A stretch of 64,000 bases of DNA from Prasinococcaceae sp. CCMP 1430 (taxonomy: Eukaryota > Plantae > Prasinodermophyta), in the NCBI GenBank assembly GCA_013416795.1, contig RQSC01000314.1, positions 6,097 to 70,096 on the forward strand, given 5' to 3'. The notes beneath the pieces were generated by a model. The model worked only from the letters and a program-made list of their open reading frames with translations. It had not been told where the DNA came from and searched no databases. The translations under genes were made by a program, and so were the position numbers. Of this stretch, positions 19,850 through 30,255 are shown in pieces; the stretch's first letter is position 1; each line of letters starts with the position of its first letter.

Positions 19850-22282
19850 TCACTCGACGAGCGGGGGGAAGCCGCTGTCGGGCTTGGATCGCAGCGGGGT
19901 AGGCGTGTGCACGCGCACCTCTGGCTTCTTCGCCTCGGCTGTCAACTCGGCCTTGCTGGCTGCTCCTTCACCCCCCGCCGCGCTAGCGGCACTGTCGGCC
20001 TTGGCTTTGCCATCGGGAACCGCCGAACCCGGATGGAGGCCTTGGTGGCCGCCGAAGCGGCTGGGTGGGTGCCACAGGTGGTAATAGAACGGCTCCTTGG
20101 AGCGGTAGACTTGGTAGCCGGCCTTCTCGAAGCGCGTCATCAGGTCGGTGTCCTCGGTGCCGTAGCCAGTGATGGTCTCGTCGTAGGATCCCACTGCTAT
20201 GAGGTCACTCAGGTAGGCGGCCATCATGCCGGAGCCCTCAGAGCGCCACCAGCCCTGGCCATACAAGTGCTGGGGCCTGTTCCACGGGACGCCCTTGGCC
20301 TTCGCGGCAGCGACGAGCGTGTCACGGCTGCGCCCCTGGTGAAAGGAGAAGCACACAGGCACGAACACGCGCCGACCGGGAACGACGCGCGCGAGGATCG
20401 TGGAGACGAAGTCTGGAGGCAGCTCCATGTCCGTGTCCACGGCGAAGACGACCTCATCGCGCTCGCCCGCCGACGCCGCGTCCGCGGCGATCTTGTCGAT
20501 GCCGGCCCTCAGCGCGATTGCGCGCGACCCATTGAACGACTCGTGGCTGCGGTCGATGCGGTCGATGCGCACCCCGGCGTCGGCCGCCGCTGCCAGCGCG
20601 GGCGCGCGCACCTCTGCAGGGCTGTAGTCCACCAGCACCAGCCGGAAGTCGCCGCGCAGCGCGGCCGCACGTGCCACGAAGCCCTCAAACTCCTCCTTGC
20701 GCTCGTACAGGGGCATGACCATGTGCACAGTCTGCGCACGCGCACCCTCACGGCGCGGCCTCGCTGCGGTGAGCTCGTGCACGATCGGCGGTATGCGCAC
20801 ATCGGCGAACGTCACCATGTGCAGGGTCACCGCATTGGCGAGGGGATCGCCGCGCACGGCGAGGTCCATCGTGTATTCGACCGTGTGCTTCGACACGTCC
20901 GCCGCGCGGTCGATGCGCTCCCAACGCGCGAGCGAGAGCGGCGCGATGGGCTCCGGCGCGGCGCGCTCACCCTCGCCGGCCCAGCCGGCGCCCGCGGCTG
21001 CGACAGCGTCGGCGGCACGGTTGTCGTTCAGCTGCGAGATAGCGTACGCGGCGACGCGCTGCAGCTCGACCTTGTCGACGTCCGAGATGGCGAAGCTCTC
21101 ATCGTTCAGCAGCGCGTCGGCCTCGAGGCGCACGCCCGTGCGTTCGCCGTGCGGCAGCTCGGCCTGCGAGAGCCCCGCCGCCGCAGCGCCCTCCCTCCCG
21201 CGCGCCTCAACGGCGATCCAACTAGACTCCCACGCGCGACGCGTGTCGAAGCCCGGGAAGGGCGGCCCCAGGCCGTGCTTGTCGAGGACGTCCTTCCAGC
21301 GGTTGAACAGGTCGCCCTTGGAAGAGATGCCCGCGTCGACGTAGTACTTGTGCTGGAAATCGCCCTCGACCTTGACGCCACTGCCACCGCGCCGCACGAG
21401 GCTCAGCCACATGTCGTAATCCTGCAGGCGCTTGAGCTCGCCGTCGAAGCCGGGCCAAAAGCTCGCCGTGCGCACGAGCGTGAGCGTGTCCACGTACGGC
21501 TGGCGCTCCATGAGCGCGGCGTCGAACTGCGCCGCGCGGTGCAGGAAGTTGTGCGGCTGCCAGTGCGACTCGGCGCGAAGCACGATGCCCCAGTAGTCTG
21601 TGTAGGCGAAATCGACGCTCGGCGCGGCCTCGAGCGCCGCGTGTAGCGCCGCGAGCGCGTCGGCGGCCATGACGCAGTCGTCGTCCCAGAAGAAGAGATA
21701 CGGCTGCGTGGCCTTGCGCGCGCCGGCGTTGCGCTTGCAGTTGGCGATCGCGGTGCCGCGCTTGAGGCACTCGGGCGGGTTGCCAGCCTCGACGATCACC
21801 TCCGCCGGCGCGTTGGCCTCGATCGCCGGCACAACGTACTTCTCGAAGAAGCCGAGGCGCTTCGGCCCCAGCGGAATGACCACCGACACAGGCAGCGGCG
21901 GGCGCGCCGATGAGGAAGCCCAGGAAGAGGCCGTTGGACACCACCACCACCAGCTCCGCCCAGTTGCGCCGGAGCAGCCTGAATTCGCGTGAGAGCAGCA
22001 TGCGAGTCTGGAAGAGGGCTCCTTGCGGTTGCCGCTGAGAGCGGGGGAGCGCACGCAGTGCGGCCTTCTGCTCGGCGATTATCTCGCTGAAGGGGCGCAG
22101 CGGCGGCGGCGAAGCGGCGGCATCAGCAGCGGCCTCCTCACCCGCCTCGCCGTCCTCTTTGTCGACCTCGTGTTCGGCGCCACCGTTCGTGTCTCCGCCT
22201 TCCTCCGAGTCGCGGTCATCTCGGGGGCTGATCTCGGCATCAGGCCTCTCTTCGGCGGTGTCGCCGCCATTTGCATTCTCCT
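19850..22282 (-). CDS. Two-domain glycosyltransferase (GT2-like + GT7/chondroitin GalNAc-transferase-like). The upstream TM/acidic part is out of frame and cut by the N at 22283.
   Basis: VSVVIP..KRNAGARKATQPYLFFWDDD (GT2). VHMVMP..AVDTDM..RVFVPVCFS..GWW..GSGM..IAVGSYDETITGYGTEDTDL..YHLWH (GT7-like). Confidence 0.8.
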
Positions 22283-22283
22283 N
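22283..22283. other. Single-N contig junction; genes on both sides lack their starts
   Basis: N in the sequence, with oppositely oriented open frames running into it from both sides. Confidence 0.85.
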
Positions 22284-23400
22284 GACGCCGGCTGGCGCGC
22301 TCGCCGCGGCGGCGCTCGTGCGCGGCGCGTCGGCCGGCGAGGCCGGCAAGGCTGACGTCGCCGCCGCCGCCGTGGAGGGGGCGCAGCGAGGCGCCAACAC
22401 GGGTGGCATCAGCAGCGCCCCCAACGAGATCCACGTGCTCGTGACGTCGAACGGCTCGCCGTACCTCAACTTCCAGACGCGCATCATGTACGGCACGTAC
22501 AAGAAGGTGCGCGACCTGCCGGGCAGCGAGCTGCGGTACTTCACGCGGCTGCTCCACCGCAGCGATGACGACATCCTCATGGGCGAGGTGCCCACCGTCC
22601 GCGTGGACCCGCTCACGCCCAAGTGCGACCAGTGGTGCGAGTTCCCCGTCTCGGACCGCCCGGACGCCGTCGCCAAGTGGCTCGCGACGGACGACGCGAA
22701 GGAGGGCACGCACGTGCTCATGATCGAGACTGACTACGTGTGGATGAAGCCGATATCCGTGCCCGCGGAGATGGCCGCAGGCGGCGCGGTGTCGTACTCG
22801 TTCTCGTACATCTCGCCCAGCGCCCAGACGCACCGCATGGACAAGCTGTGGAAGACGGAGTTCCCCGACAAGGAGGTGCCGATCAAGTCGGTGCCACCGA
22901 GCGGGCCCGCGCCGGCGCTCCTCCGCACGGCCGACCTGCGCAGCATCACGCCGTACTGGGTGCGCTTCACTGCTGCCATCGAGGCCGACAAGGCCTTGAA
23001 GGACGCCCTCGGGTGGGTGCGCGAGATGTACGCGTACTCGCTGGCAGCCGCGGCGGCCGGGGTGAAGCACCACACCAAGGCCGCCAACGCGGGCGGTATG
23101 CTCATCGCGCAGCCGCCCAGCGACACCAAGCCCTACCAGGCGGCCATGTACCACTACACCTGGGGCACGCAGTTCAAGAACAAGACTGGCAAGGTGGTGT
23201 GGGAGTTCGACAAGCGCAAGTATACGGCGCCCGAGTACGTGACCAACCCGCGCGAGCTCGAGCTCCCGCCGGGCGACGTCGAGGGCCTCACGCAGCAGTT
23301 CCCGCGCGACGGCATGGCCGTCGACAAGGACACGCGCGACACGCTCGCCGACATGATTGGTCGCATGAACGCGGTGCTGCGCGAGCTGCCGCCGCTGTGA
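22284..23400 (+). CDS. HPAT: Hydroxyproline O-arabinosyltransferase-like (GT95), 5'-truncated
   Basis: HVLVTSNGSPYLNFQTRIMY, FTRLLH..D.LM.EVPT..VDPL, DRP.AV..WL, VLMIETDYVWMKP, GWVREMYAYS, HYTWG. Confidence 0.85.
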
Positions 23401-23722
23401 GCGCGCGGCGCCGGCGGTGCTCGCCTTGTCAAATTTTGTCCCAGCGAATGCATCACTCGGTCAGTACCGCCGGGGGGGGGGTGGGGGGGCGGTCCCTGGC
23501 GCGGTGCGCGTCGGCGTGGCCGCGTGGGGTTGCGTGCTGATCAGACAGACGGGGGGGAGGGGAAGCGCCCCTCCGTCCTTCGTAGGTTTACATCACTTCC
23601 CGCGAGCGCATTGACCAGCCGGTCCACGGCAGCGTTGTGCAGCGGCTCGGGCTCGCCGGCGCGCGAGCTCGCGCGGCCCCTCGCGGCCGCATCTGTTTTC
23701 TAAGGTGCGGCGACGGCCTCGC

Positions 23723-24600
23723 CTAGCCGCTGAAGCCCACCGAGCCGACGAAGGCGTCCGTGCCGGGCACCGCGGGCACGGCCGGGGCGTCCTTGGCCTT
23801 CTTGGCGGCGGCGTCCTTGTCCTTCGGCTTGCGGGGCTTGTAGCTGCCGCGCAGCTTGCGGACGACGAGCTCCTTCTGGCCGGTGGCCTCGTCGAGCTCG
23901 CGCGCGAAGCGCATGCCGTCGCCGGCGCCGAGCACGAGCTCGGCGGTGGTGGCCACGGCGTCGTCGCCGACGAGCTGGCCGCCCACCACGGTGCCGTCGG
24001 GCTTGGCGAGGGCGATGTGGAGGTGCGCGTCGCCGCACGACGAGATGGTGCCGGCGAGCGAGACGATCTCGACGGGCCCCTGCACCATCATGAAGCGCTC
24101 GTTGCCCGGCGCGGAGCCGGCCAGGCGCAGCTTCGCGCCGTTGAGGGTGCCCACGCAGGTGGTCACCCACGCGCTCTGCACGCCCGACTTGTTGACGGTC
24201 GCGCAGACCTCCTCCTTGAGGTTCTGGCCCGGCTTGAGGCGCGCGCACAGCGTGCGGTTGTTTGGGGTCCACGCGGTGCCGGGCACCTTCTTGGGGGCGC
24301 CCGGGGTGCGCTTGTTGTCGTAGGCCCTGAGCGCCTCGTCGGACGACTTGTAGGGCTTCACCCACTCGGCGAGCGTCGTGATCGCCAGGTCGTACTCGCG
24401 CGCGAGCTGCGTGATGAGGCCGTGCTTGCGCTTGCCCGACTTCTGGAAGGCCGAGGCCGCGAAGCACTTCTTGATGGCCGCGCGCGCCGAGGCGGGGTCG
24501 CGGCGCACGCGCGGGCCGCGGCGGACGGGGAAGGGGAGCCAAGGGCCGCGCGGGAGGGCAGGCGGGCCCGGCGCTGGGAGTATCGACAGCAGGGCAGCGC
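23723..24600 (-). CDS. PPC/DUF296 domain protein with an N-terminal HTH-like segment; start not resolved
   Basis: RLKPGQNL..AWVTTCVGTL..AKLRLA..GPVEIVSLAGTI..HLHIAL..DGTVVGGQL..TTAELVL (PPC), preceded by LAREYDLAITTLAEWVK. Confidence 0.8.
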
Positions 24601-24605
24601 CGTTG

Positions 24606-26743
24606 ATGCCCCCAAGTGCGCGGGGGTGCAGCAGCCTCGGCCGACGGAGGAGGCGGAGGCGCGAACTCGTCCGTCCTACGCCGACTCGCCAGTGGCCGCG
24701 CTGCTGCGCAGCGACGAGCGAGCGCCCCCGCCGCGACGGACGCAGTGTGAGGGAAGCGATGCCGACGAAAGGGGTCGTTGGGGACGCTCTGTAGCTCGCA
24801 GCCTTTCGCTCTGCCAGAGGCAGCCCGGCGACGGAGACGGCACGGCGCGTGATGCAGACAATCGTGTGGGAGGTGACGCAGACTTGGTGAGCGACGAATG
24901 TGATTGCCGCGACGGCAAGGCGAGCGCCGAAGAGGCAGCAGCGAGCCCCGTCAGCAATGATGGCGATGCCACCGACCGCACGGACGGCACGCCGAGCACT
25001 ACAGGCGCGGGATTTGCGGCCCTGCCACCGTCGTGCGACGGCACCTCTGTCGCGTCTGAGCGAGGACCTGCGCAACATCTGATTTGCGACGCCATCGGCG
25101 CTCGCGCGCTCGCGGCGTATGTCGCGGCCGAAGTCGTACGCGAGATGCGAGCGCTGCGTCCCGGCGACGCCAATGCCAACACCAGCGCTGGTGCTGGCGA
25201 GTGTCGAGAGGTCCGCAGCACAGATCGCAACGCAGGCGCAGGCGTGCAAACAAAGGACTCGCCATCGGGCGCAAAGGCTGAAGACGCGGTGGATGCCGCC
25301 GCTGCTTTTAGCGGCGCCCTGCGTCGCCACGCCGACGAGCTGGCAGCGCAGTGTGAGTGGGAGATACTGACATGTCTGCGCAATGAGAACGCTGCGCTGA
25401 AGGTGCGTCCACCTCGCTCGCTCGCTCGCCCTGGTACACACTGATTCAAGTTCTGCGTGCGCATGCGCGGCGCCGCTGACTGGCGACGCGCTGTGACCTA
25501 CGTCACCCCCCTGGGCGGACGAACCGGCCAATAGCGGCGCAACGCCGCTCTCGCGGAGAACCCCGGGCGCGCATGGGTGAGCGTGCAGATGGCCGCGGCA
25601 GCAGAGACGCAGCGGGTTTTGCGCGCGGAGTTGAACGCGGCGCACGAGGCGCTGCAGGCTGCGGGCGTGCGCCTGGACGAGAGCGAGACGATGAGCAGCC
25701 TTGGGGGCAGCAGCATGGGCGGCGCAGGCTCGCTCTCGCCATCGAATGGCGGCACCGGCGAATCTGGAACCGCTGATGCGGCTTGTGGTGATATCGCTCC
25801 TTCGCCAGAATTTTGCTCGCCAGGCACAGGGCATCGCAACTTGGACAACGACGGCAAGGGCGCGGCAGATCATGATGTTCTGCCGCCGCCGTCTGAAGCG
25901 CAGCTCCACGCTGCACTGTCGCTGGTCGAAAACGCCCGCCGCGTGCAGGCCATGCGCATTGCCGTCCTCGAGCGCCGCCTGAGCGAGGTGGACGCCGCAC
26001 GCGCGGCAGCCGTGGCGAGGTTGCGCGCTCTGCAGGCAGCAATAAAGTGTGACGATGCGCCGAGCGTCGACCTCGGCTCTCCTCACAGAGCGCTCCTCAG
26101 TTTTGCCTCCGCGGAGATGGCATCCATTGCATCCGTCCTAAACCGGCGCGACAACGAGGCCGCCAATTCGACGGAGCGCAAGACGCTCGGGAATGGCCAC
26201 GTGCGTGACCGTGTTGCAGGAGGGGAGCAGGGCACGGGGTCACCGATGAAGCTCGCGACTGTTGACGAGGCTTGGTCAGACTCCGAGCTGGAGGCGAGTG
26301 TGTCATCTGAGAGCGCCCACGAAGTCGTCGAGTCTCCGACCCTGCTAACGCCGCGGGACCACAACTGTGACGGCGGCGAGCACCCCGCAAATGGTATTGC
26401 GCTTCCACCGCCAACGGCGAAGAGTTGCGTTGCCGCTGCCGCCAACGCTGCGACTGTGCATGGGAGCGATTCCTGGACCTCGTCTTCCTCACTGCGTGGC
26501 GACGGCACTGAGCACCATGATGCATACGCGACGCCCGCGTCTCTCAGCTGGCGGGAGGTGATGCTCGGCGCACAGCCTCGGGAGGAGGAATCTGCTCCGG
26601 TATTCGTCGCACCTTCGACTGGCACGCTCATGGCGTGCGAGGACTCGGAGCTCGATGAGCTCGACAGCACGTTGGCCGCGCTCATGACGCGCATCGCTGA
26701 CCTGCAGGGGGAATTCGACGATGGTGCGGCTATCATGGTGTGA
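24606..26743 (+). CDS. Hypothetical low-complexity/coiled-coil protein; intron ~25403-25589; 5' frame uncertain
   Basis: Long acidic open frames joined by GT-AG (AALK|MAAAAE). Heptad segments LRAELNAAHEAL and MRIAVLERRLSEV. Confidence 0.55.
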
Positions 26744-26839
26744 GGAAGAACGCCATCCATCCATGGTCGATGCCGGCGTCCCCATTATTTTACAGTGTGT
26801 CACGTACATCGGTAAGGCGGCCCTACATCCAACGGCGGC

Positions 26840-28981
26840 TCACCTGCGCTTCTTCTTGCCCGCACCGCGGCTCCCGCCGCCACCGAACACGCTCTGCTCC
26901 ATCGCGGACCGCTGGCGCCCGCCGGTGTTGGCGGTGCTTTTCTTCGCTGCGGCTTCGCGTTCGAGCTCATCCAGCGCCCTGATGTCATCGTCGTCCGAAT
27001 CGACCTCCCGCTTCTTCTTGTTCTTCTTGGACTTGGAGCCAATCTTTTTGTCGTCCTTCATTGACTTCCAGTCCCGAGCCATGGCCTCCTCGTCTCGAAC
27101 GTTGTGGTCATCGTCGAAGCTGCCGCCGATGACCCCGGCGCGTGAGGCGTCCTGCCTGCGCCTCTTTCGCTCCTTCTTGGCCTTGTTGTCCTCGCGCCGC
27201 GTGCGCTCCTCCTGCTGCTGCTTGCGCCGCGTCTCGCGCTGCGCCTCGCGCTGCGCCTCGCGCTCAAGCTCGGCGGCCGCTCGCTCCGCCATGGCCTTCC
27301 GGCGCTGCTTCTCGCGCGCTTTGTCCTTGAATTGCACCTTGTCTGGGTCGACCTCCGAGGCCGTGAATCCCTCGAGCAGCGTCGACTTCGCCTTCTGCAG
27401 CTCGGGCATGCGCGGCATGCGCAGCAGCGCAAACATCATGGCCAGCTGCCCCCACGGTAGCTGGTTCATACGGAAGATGAAGCGGCACTGGTGCTCGCGG
27501 TATCCCCGCGCGAACGACACGAACGCCTTGGTGGCCTTCTCCAGCAGGTCGCGGTCTGCCGCCATGGCTGCGCGGGCAGACTGCAACAGCTCGTCCGACT
27601 CGGAGGCCATCCCCTCGCTGACGCTGACCTCCGCCTCCTCGACGCCCTCGCCATCATCCTCGCCGCTGCTCACTCGACCGGCCGCGTCCTCCCCTCCCGC
27701 CTCGAGCGGCACCTGCACGACGGGAACCTTTCTAATGTGCAGAAACTCGACGTACGAGTCCTCGTGCGGCATGAGCAGCGCGAGGCTCGCGCCGCGCTTG
27801 CCCATGCGCGCGGCGCGCCCTACGCGATGCACGAAGGCGTTTGGATCCTGTGGAGCGTCAAATTGCACCACCCAGTCAACGTCGGGGATGTCGAGGCCAC
27901 GCGCGGCCACATCGGTACACAGCAGTGCCGCAGAGCTCTGCCCCGCGAACGCTGCCAGCGCTGCGTCGCGCTGGCGCTGCGGCTGGCGGCCGTGCAGCGC
28001 GTGGAGCGGCGGTAGCGCGCGCGCGCCATCCAGACCGAGCACCGGCAGCAGTGCCGCGAAGTAGTCCACGCAGGCACATGTGAGGAAGTACACGATGAGC
28101 TTCTCCTCCCGGTGCTCCGCCAGGAAGCGGCAGAGCGCCGTCAGTTTGTGCCGCGCGGGCGCAAGCGCGTACTTGAGCTCAAGCGTCTCGGGGGTGCGCT
28201 GCTGGGAGGAGCCGCCACCGGCCGCGCCGCCGGCGGGTCGCGCGGCCTGCACGGCGACGCGCACGGGGTTGCGCATGCCCGCACGCGCCAGCTCGGCCAC
28301 TGCCTCGGTCTGCGTCGCGGAGAAGAGCCCCGTGCGCCGCTGCTTGGGCAGATACTTCATGATGGCCTGCAGCTGGCGCTCGAAGCCCATCTCCAGGCAG
28401 CGGTCGGCCTCGTCCAACACTAGCAGCTCAAATGAGCGGAAATTGAGGGACGGCAGGCGCAGGAAGATGTCTGCCAGGCGCCCTGGCGTGCCGATGAGCA
28501 CGTTGGCGCCGCTGTGCGCCGCCCGCGCGCGCTCGCCCTCGGCGTCGCCGCCGACCGCGCCGCCGCCAGCCGCCGCCTTCAGGGCGCGCACGTCGGCGAG
28601 CACGTCGGTGCCGCCCACGAGTAGCGCGGAGCGCAACGGCGCTTTGGGCAGCGCGGCAGCCTCCAGCAGTGGCTGCGCCACGCGTGCAATCTGCGTCGCC
28701 AGCTCGCGCGTCGGCGACACCACAAGCGCACCCACCTCCAAGGGGCGCAGCGGTGTCTCCAGGCGCGTCAGCATCTCCACCATTGGCACCACGAAGGCAA
28801 GCGTCTTGCCGGAGCCGGTCGTCGCGTCGACGGCGACGTCCTTATGACCGAGCAGCAGCGGGATGGTGGCTGCCTGCACGGGCGTCGCCTGCACGAAGCC
28901 TTCGACCGAGAGCGCCTCAACGAGCCTCGCCGACGGCCCCGGCGACAGCGCCGCGAACGACGGGCGTGCGCCGCCCGCCAT
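26840..28981 (-). CDS. DDX55: DEAD-box RNA helicase DDX55/Spb4 (60S biogenesis)
   Basis: Q motif, TGSGKT, SPTRELA, GTPGRL, DEAD, RRTGLFSATQT, TDVAARGLDIPDVDWV.QFD.PQD..FVHR.GR.AR.G, basic tail. Confidence 0.93.
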   Translation of the reverse strand: MAGGARPSFAALSPGPSARLVEALSVEGFVQATPVQAATIPLLLGHKDVAVDATTGSGKTLAFVVPMVEMLTRLETPLRPLEVGALVVSPTRELATQIARVAQPLLEAAALPKAPLRSALLVGGTDVLADVRALKAAAGGGAVGGDAEGERARAAHSGANVLIGTPGRLADIFLRLPSLNFRSFELLVLDEADRCLEMGFERQLQAIMKYLPKQRRTGLFSATQTEAVAELARAGMRNPVRVAVQAARPAGGAAGGGSSQQRTPETLELKYALAPARHKLTALCRFLAEHREEKLIVYFLTCACVDYFAALLPVLGLDGARALPPLHALHGRQPQRQRDAALAAFAGQSSAALLCTDVAARGLDIPDVDWVVQFDAPQDPNAFVHRVGRAARMGKRGASLALLMPHEDSYVEFLHIRKVPVVQVPLEAGGEDAAGRVSSGEDDGEGVEEAEVSVSEGMASESDELLQSARAAMAADRDLLEKATKAFVSFARGYREHQCRFIFRMNQLPWGQLAMMFALLRMPRMPELQKAKSTLLEGFTASEVDPDKVQFKDKAREKQRRKAMAERAAAELEREAQREAQRETRRKQQQEERTRREDNKAKKERKRRRQDASRAGVIGGSFDDDHNVRDEEAMARDWKSMKDDKKIGSKSKKNKKKREVDSDDDDIRALDELEREAAAKKSTANTGGRQRSAMEQSVFGGGGSRGAGKKKRR

Positions 28982-29687
28982 CGCTTCGACGGGGAGCGGG
29001 GTCAGCGCGCCCCCCTCCCCCGCGCGCGCTCGCGCGCTGCCTTTACGCGGCCTCCGCGGCGCGCACGAACTCCCTCAGCCCCGCAACGCCGCGGGGGGCG
29101 ACGCCGCGCGCGCGCGCTGTGGCGGCGGCTGCGGCCGCCGGCGCATCGACCTCGGACGCCCATCCGCAAATCAAATGTAGATTCATTGTGATATGATATT
29201 TACTCTCCCGTGGCTTGTCATTACGCACGCTTTTTGACGTGCGAAGGGCGGCGGAGCCGCGGAGCTGCGGTTGGCCGGTTCCCCCTCGACGGCCGCGCGC
29301 AGTGCGGCGCGGGCGGGCGAGGCTAGGCCATGCGCTGGAGGTGCGCCACGCACGCGCGAGCCATCTATGCGGCGCGGGCGGGCGAGGCGCGCGCCGCCGG
29401 CGCCACTCAGGGCGCGGAGCGGGGGGGGCTGCCGGCCGCGCGTGCCCTCCTCCTCTCCCTGTGCTGGAAGAGAGGGGCGGCGAGGGGTGAGGGAAAGGGT
29501 AGGGTCCGCTGCGGCTGAGGTGCCCGCGCGGGATTGCTGCCCTGGGCGTGGGAACCACCCGTTGGCGTTGGGGACGGCGGAGCTGTTGTGAGATAGTGGA
29601 GGGGGCTGACCTCGCCCCGGGCTCTTGCCGCTGAGCCATAGTGCTCGCACAACGCGGCCTGGCCTCGTTGGCGTGCCGCGTTGGGCG

Positions 29688-30083
29688 ATGAGCGCCTGGG
29701 ATGAGCATGGGATGGCTTCATCGCCCGAGCGCACCGCCGGTGAGGCGGTGCTGCTTTCGGGTGTGCCATTCGCTCAGGGCGCTCTCACCATGGTCTTCGC
29801 CGTGCCCGTGCTGCTGCTCGTGCTTGTCTCGGTGGCCGTGTGTGGCGCGCTCCTGCTACGTGCATGCGGTATCAACTTCGCATCGTCGCACGGCGGCCTA
29901 ACGCCAGCGTTTGGCGGCGTTGCGCTGCTTGTGACGGCGTCGCTGATCGCGCAGCTGGTCGGCGGCTGGGTGTGGGAGCAGGAGGACACGAGTGCGGCGC
30001 TCAGCCGAGCAAAGGAGCGATGGGAACAATACCCGCGCTCAGCGCTCGGCTCGGGCGGCGGCACGCGCCGCGCCATGCTTTAG
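29688..30083 (+). CDS. Small hypothetical membrane protein (2 TM)
   Basis: Two hydrophobic stretches (VFAVPVLLLVLVSVAVCGALLL; FGGVALLVTASLIAQLVGGW). No family recognised. Confidence 0.45.
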   Translation: MSAWDEHGMASSPERTAGEAVLLSGVPFAQGALTMVFAVPVLLLVLVSVAVCGALLLRACGINFASSHGGLTPAFGGVALLVTASLIAQLVGGWVWEQEDTSAALSRAKERWEQYPRSALGSGGGTRRAML

Positions 30084-30255
30084 CTTCCCTGTAACATCGT
30101 GTACAGTAGTCTACTGTATGAAGAACAGAAATGAGTTCGTAGCTGTCCCGTCCGCATCGCGTGCACCTTGCTCGCCTGACTCGTGAGCAAAAGGGTGGAT
30201 TATCTTTTGGATTACAATGTACAGATTGCGCACCCGTCGCGTCGGCACGGCACGG

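Noticed and set aside
23723-24490. Active transposon suggested by the HTH
   Set aside because: No DDE domain, terminal inverted repeats or target-site duplication seen.
29330-29518. Upstream exon for the 29688 membrane ORF
   Set aside because: The candidate donors are phase 1 and the acceptors need phase 2, so no consistent splice was found.
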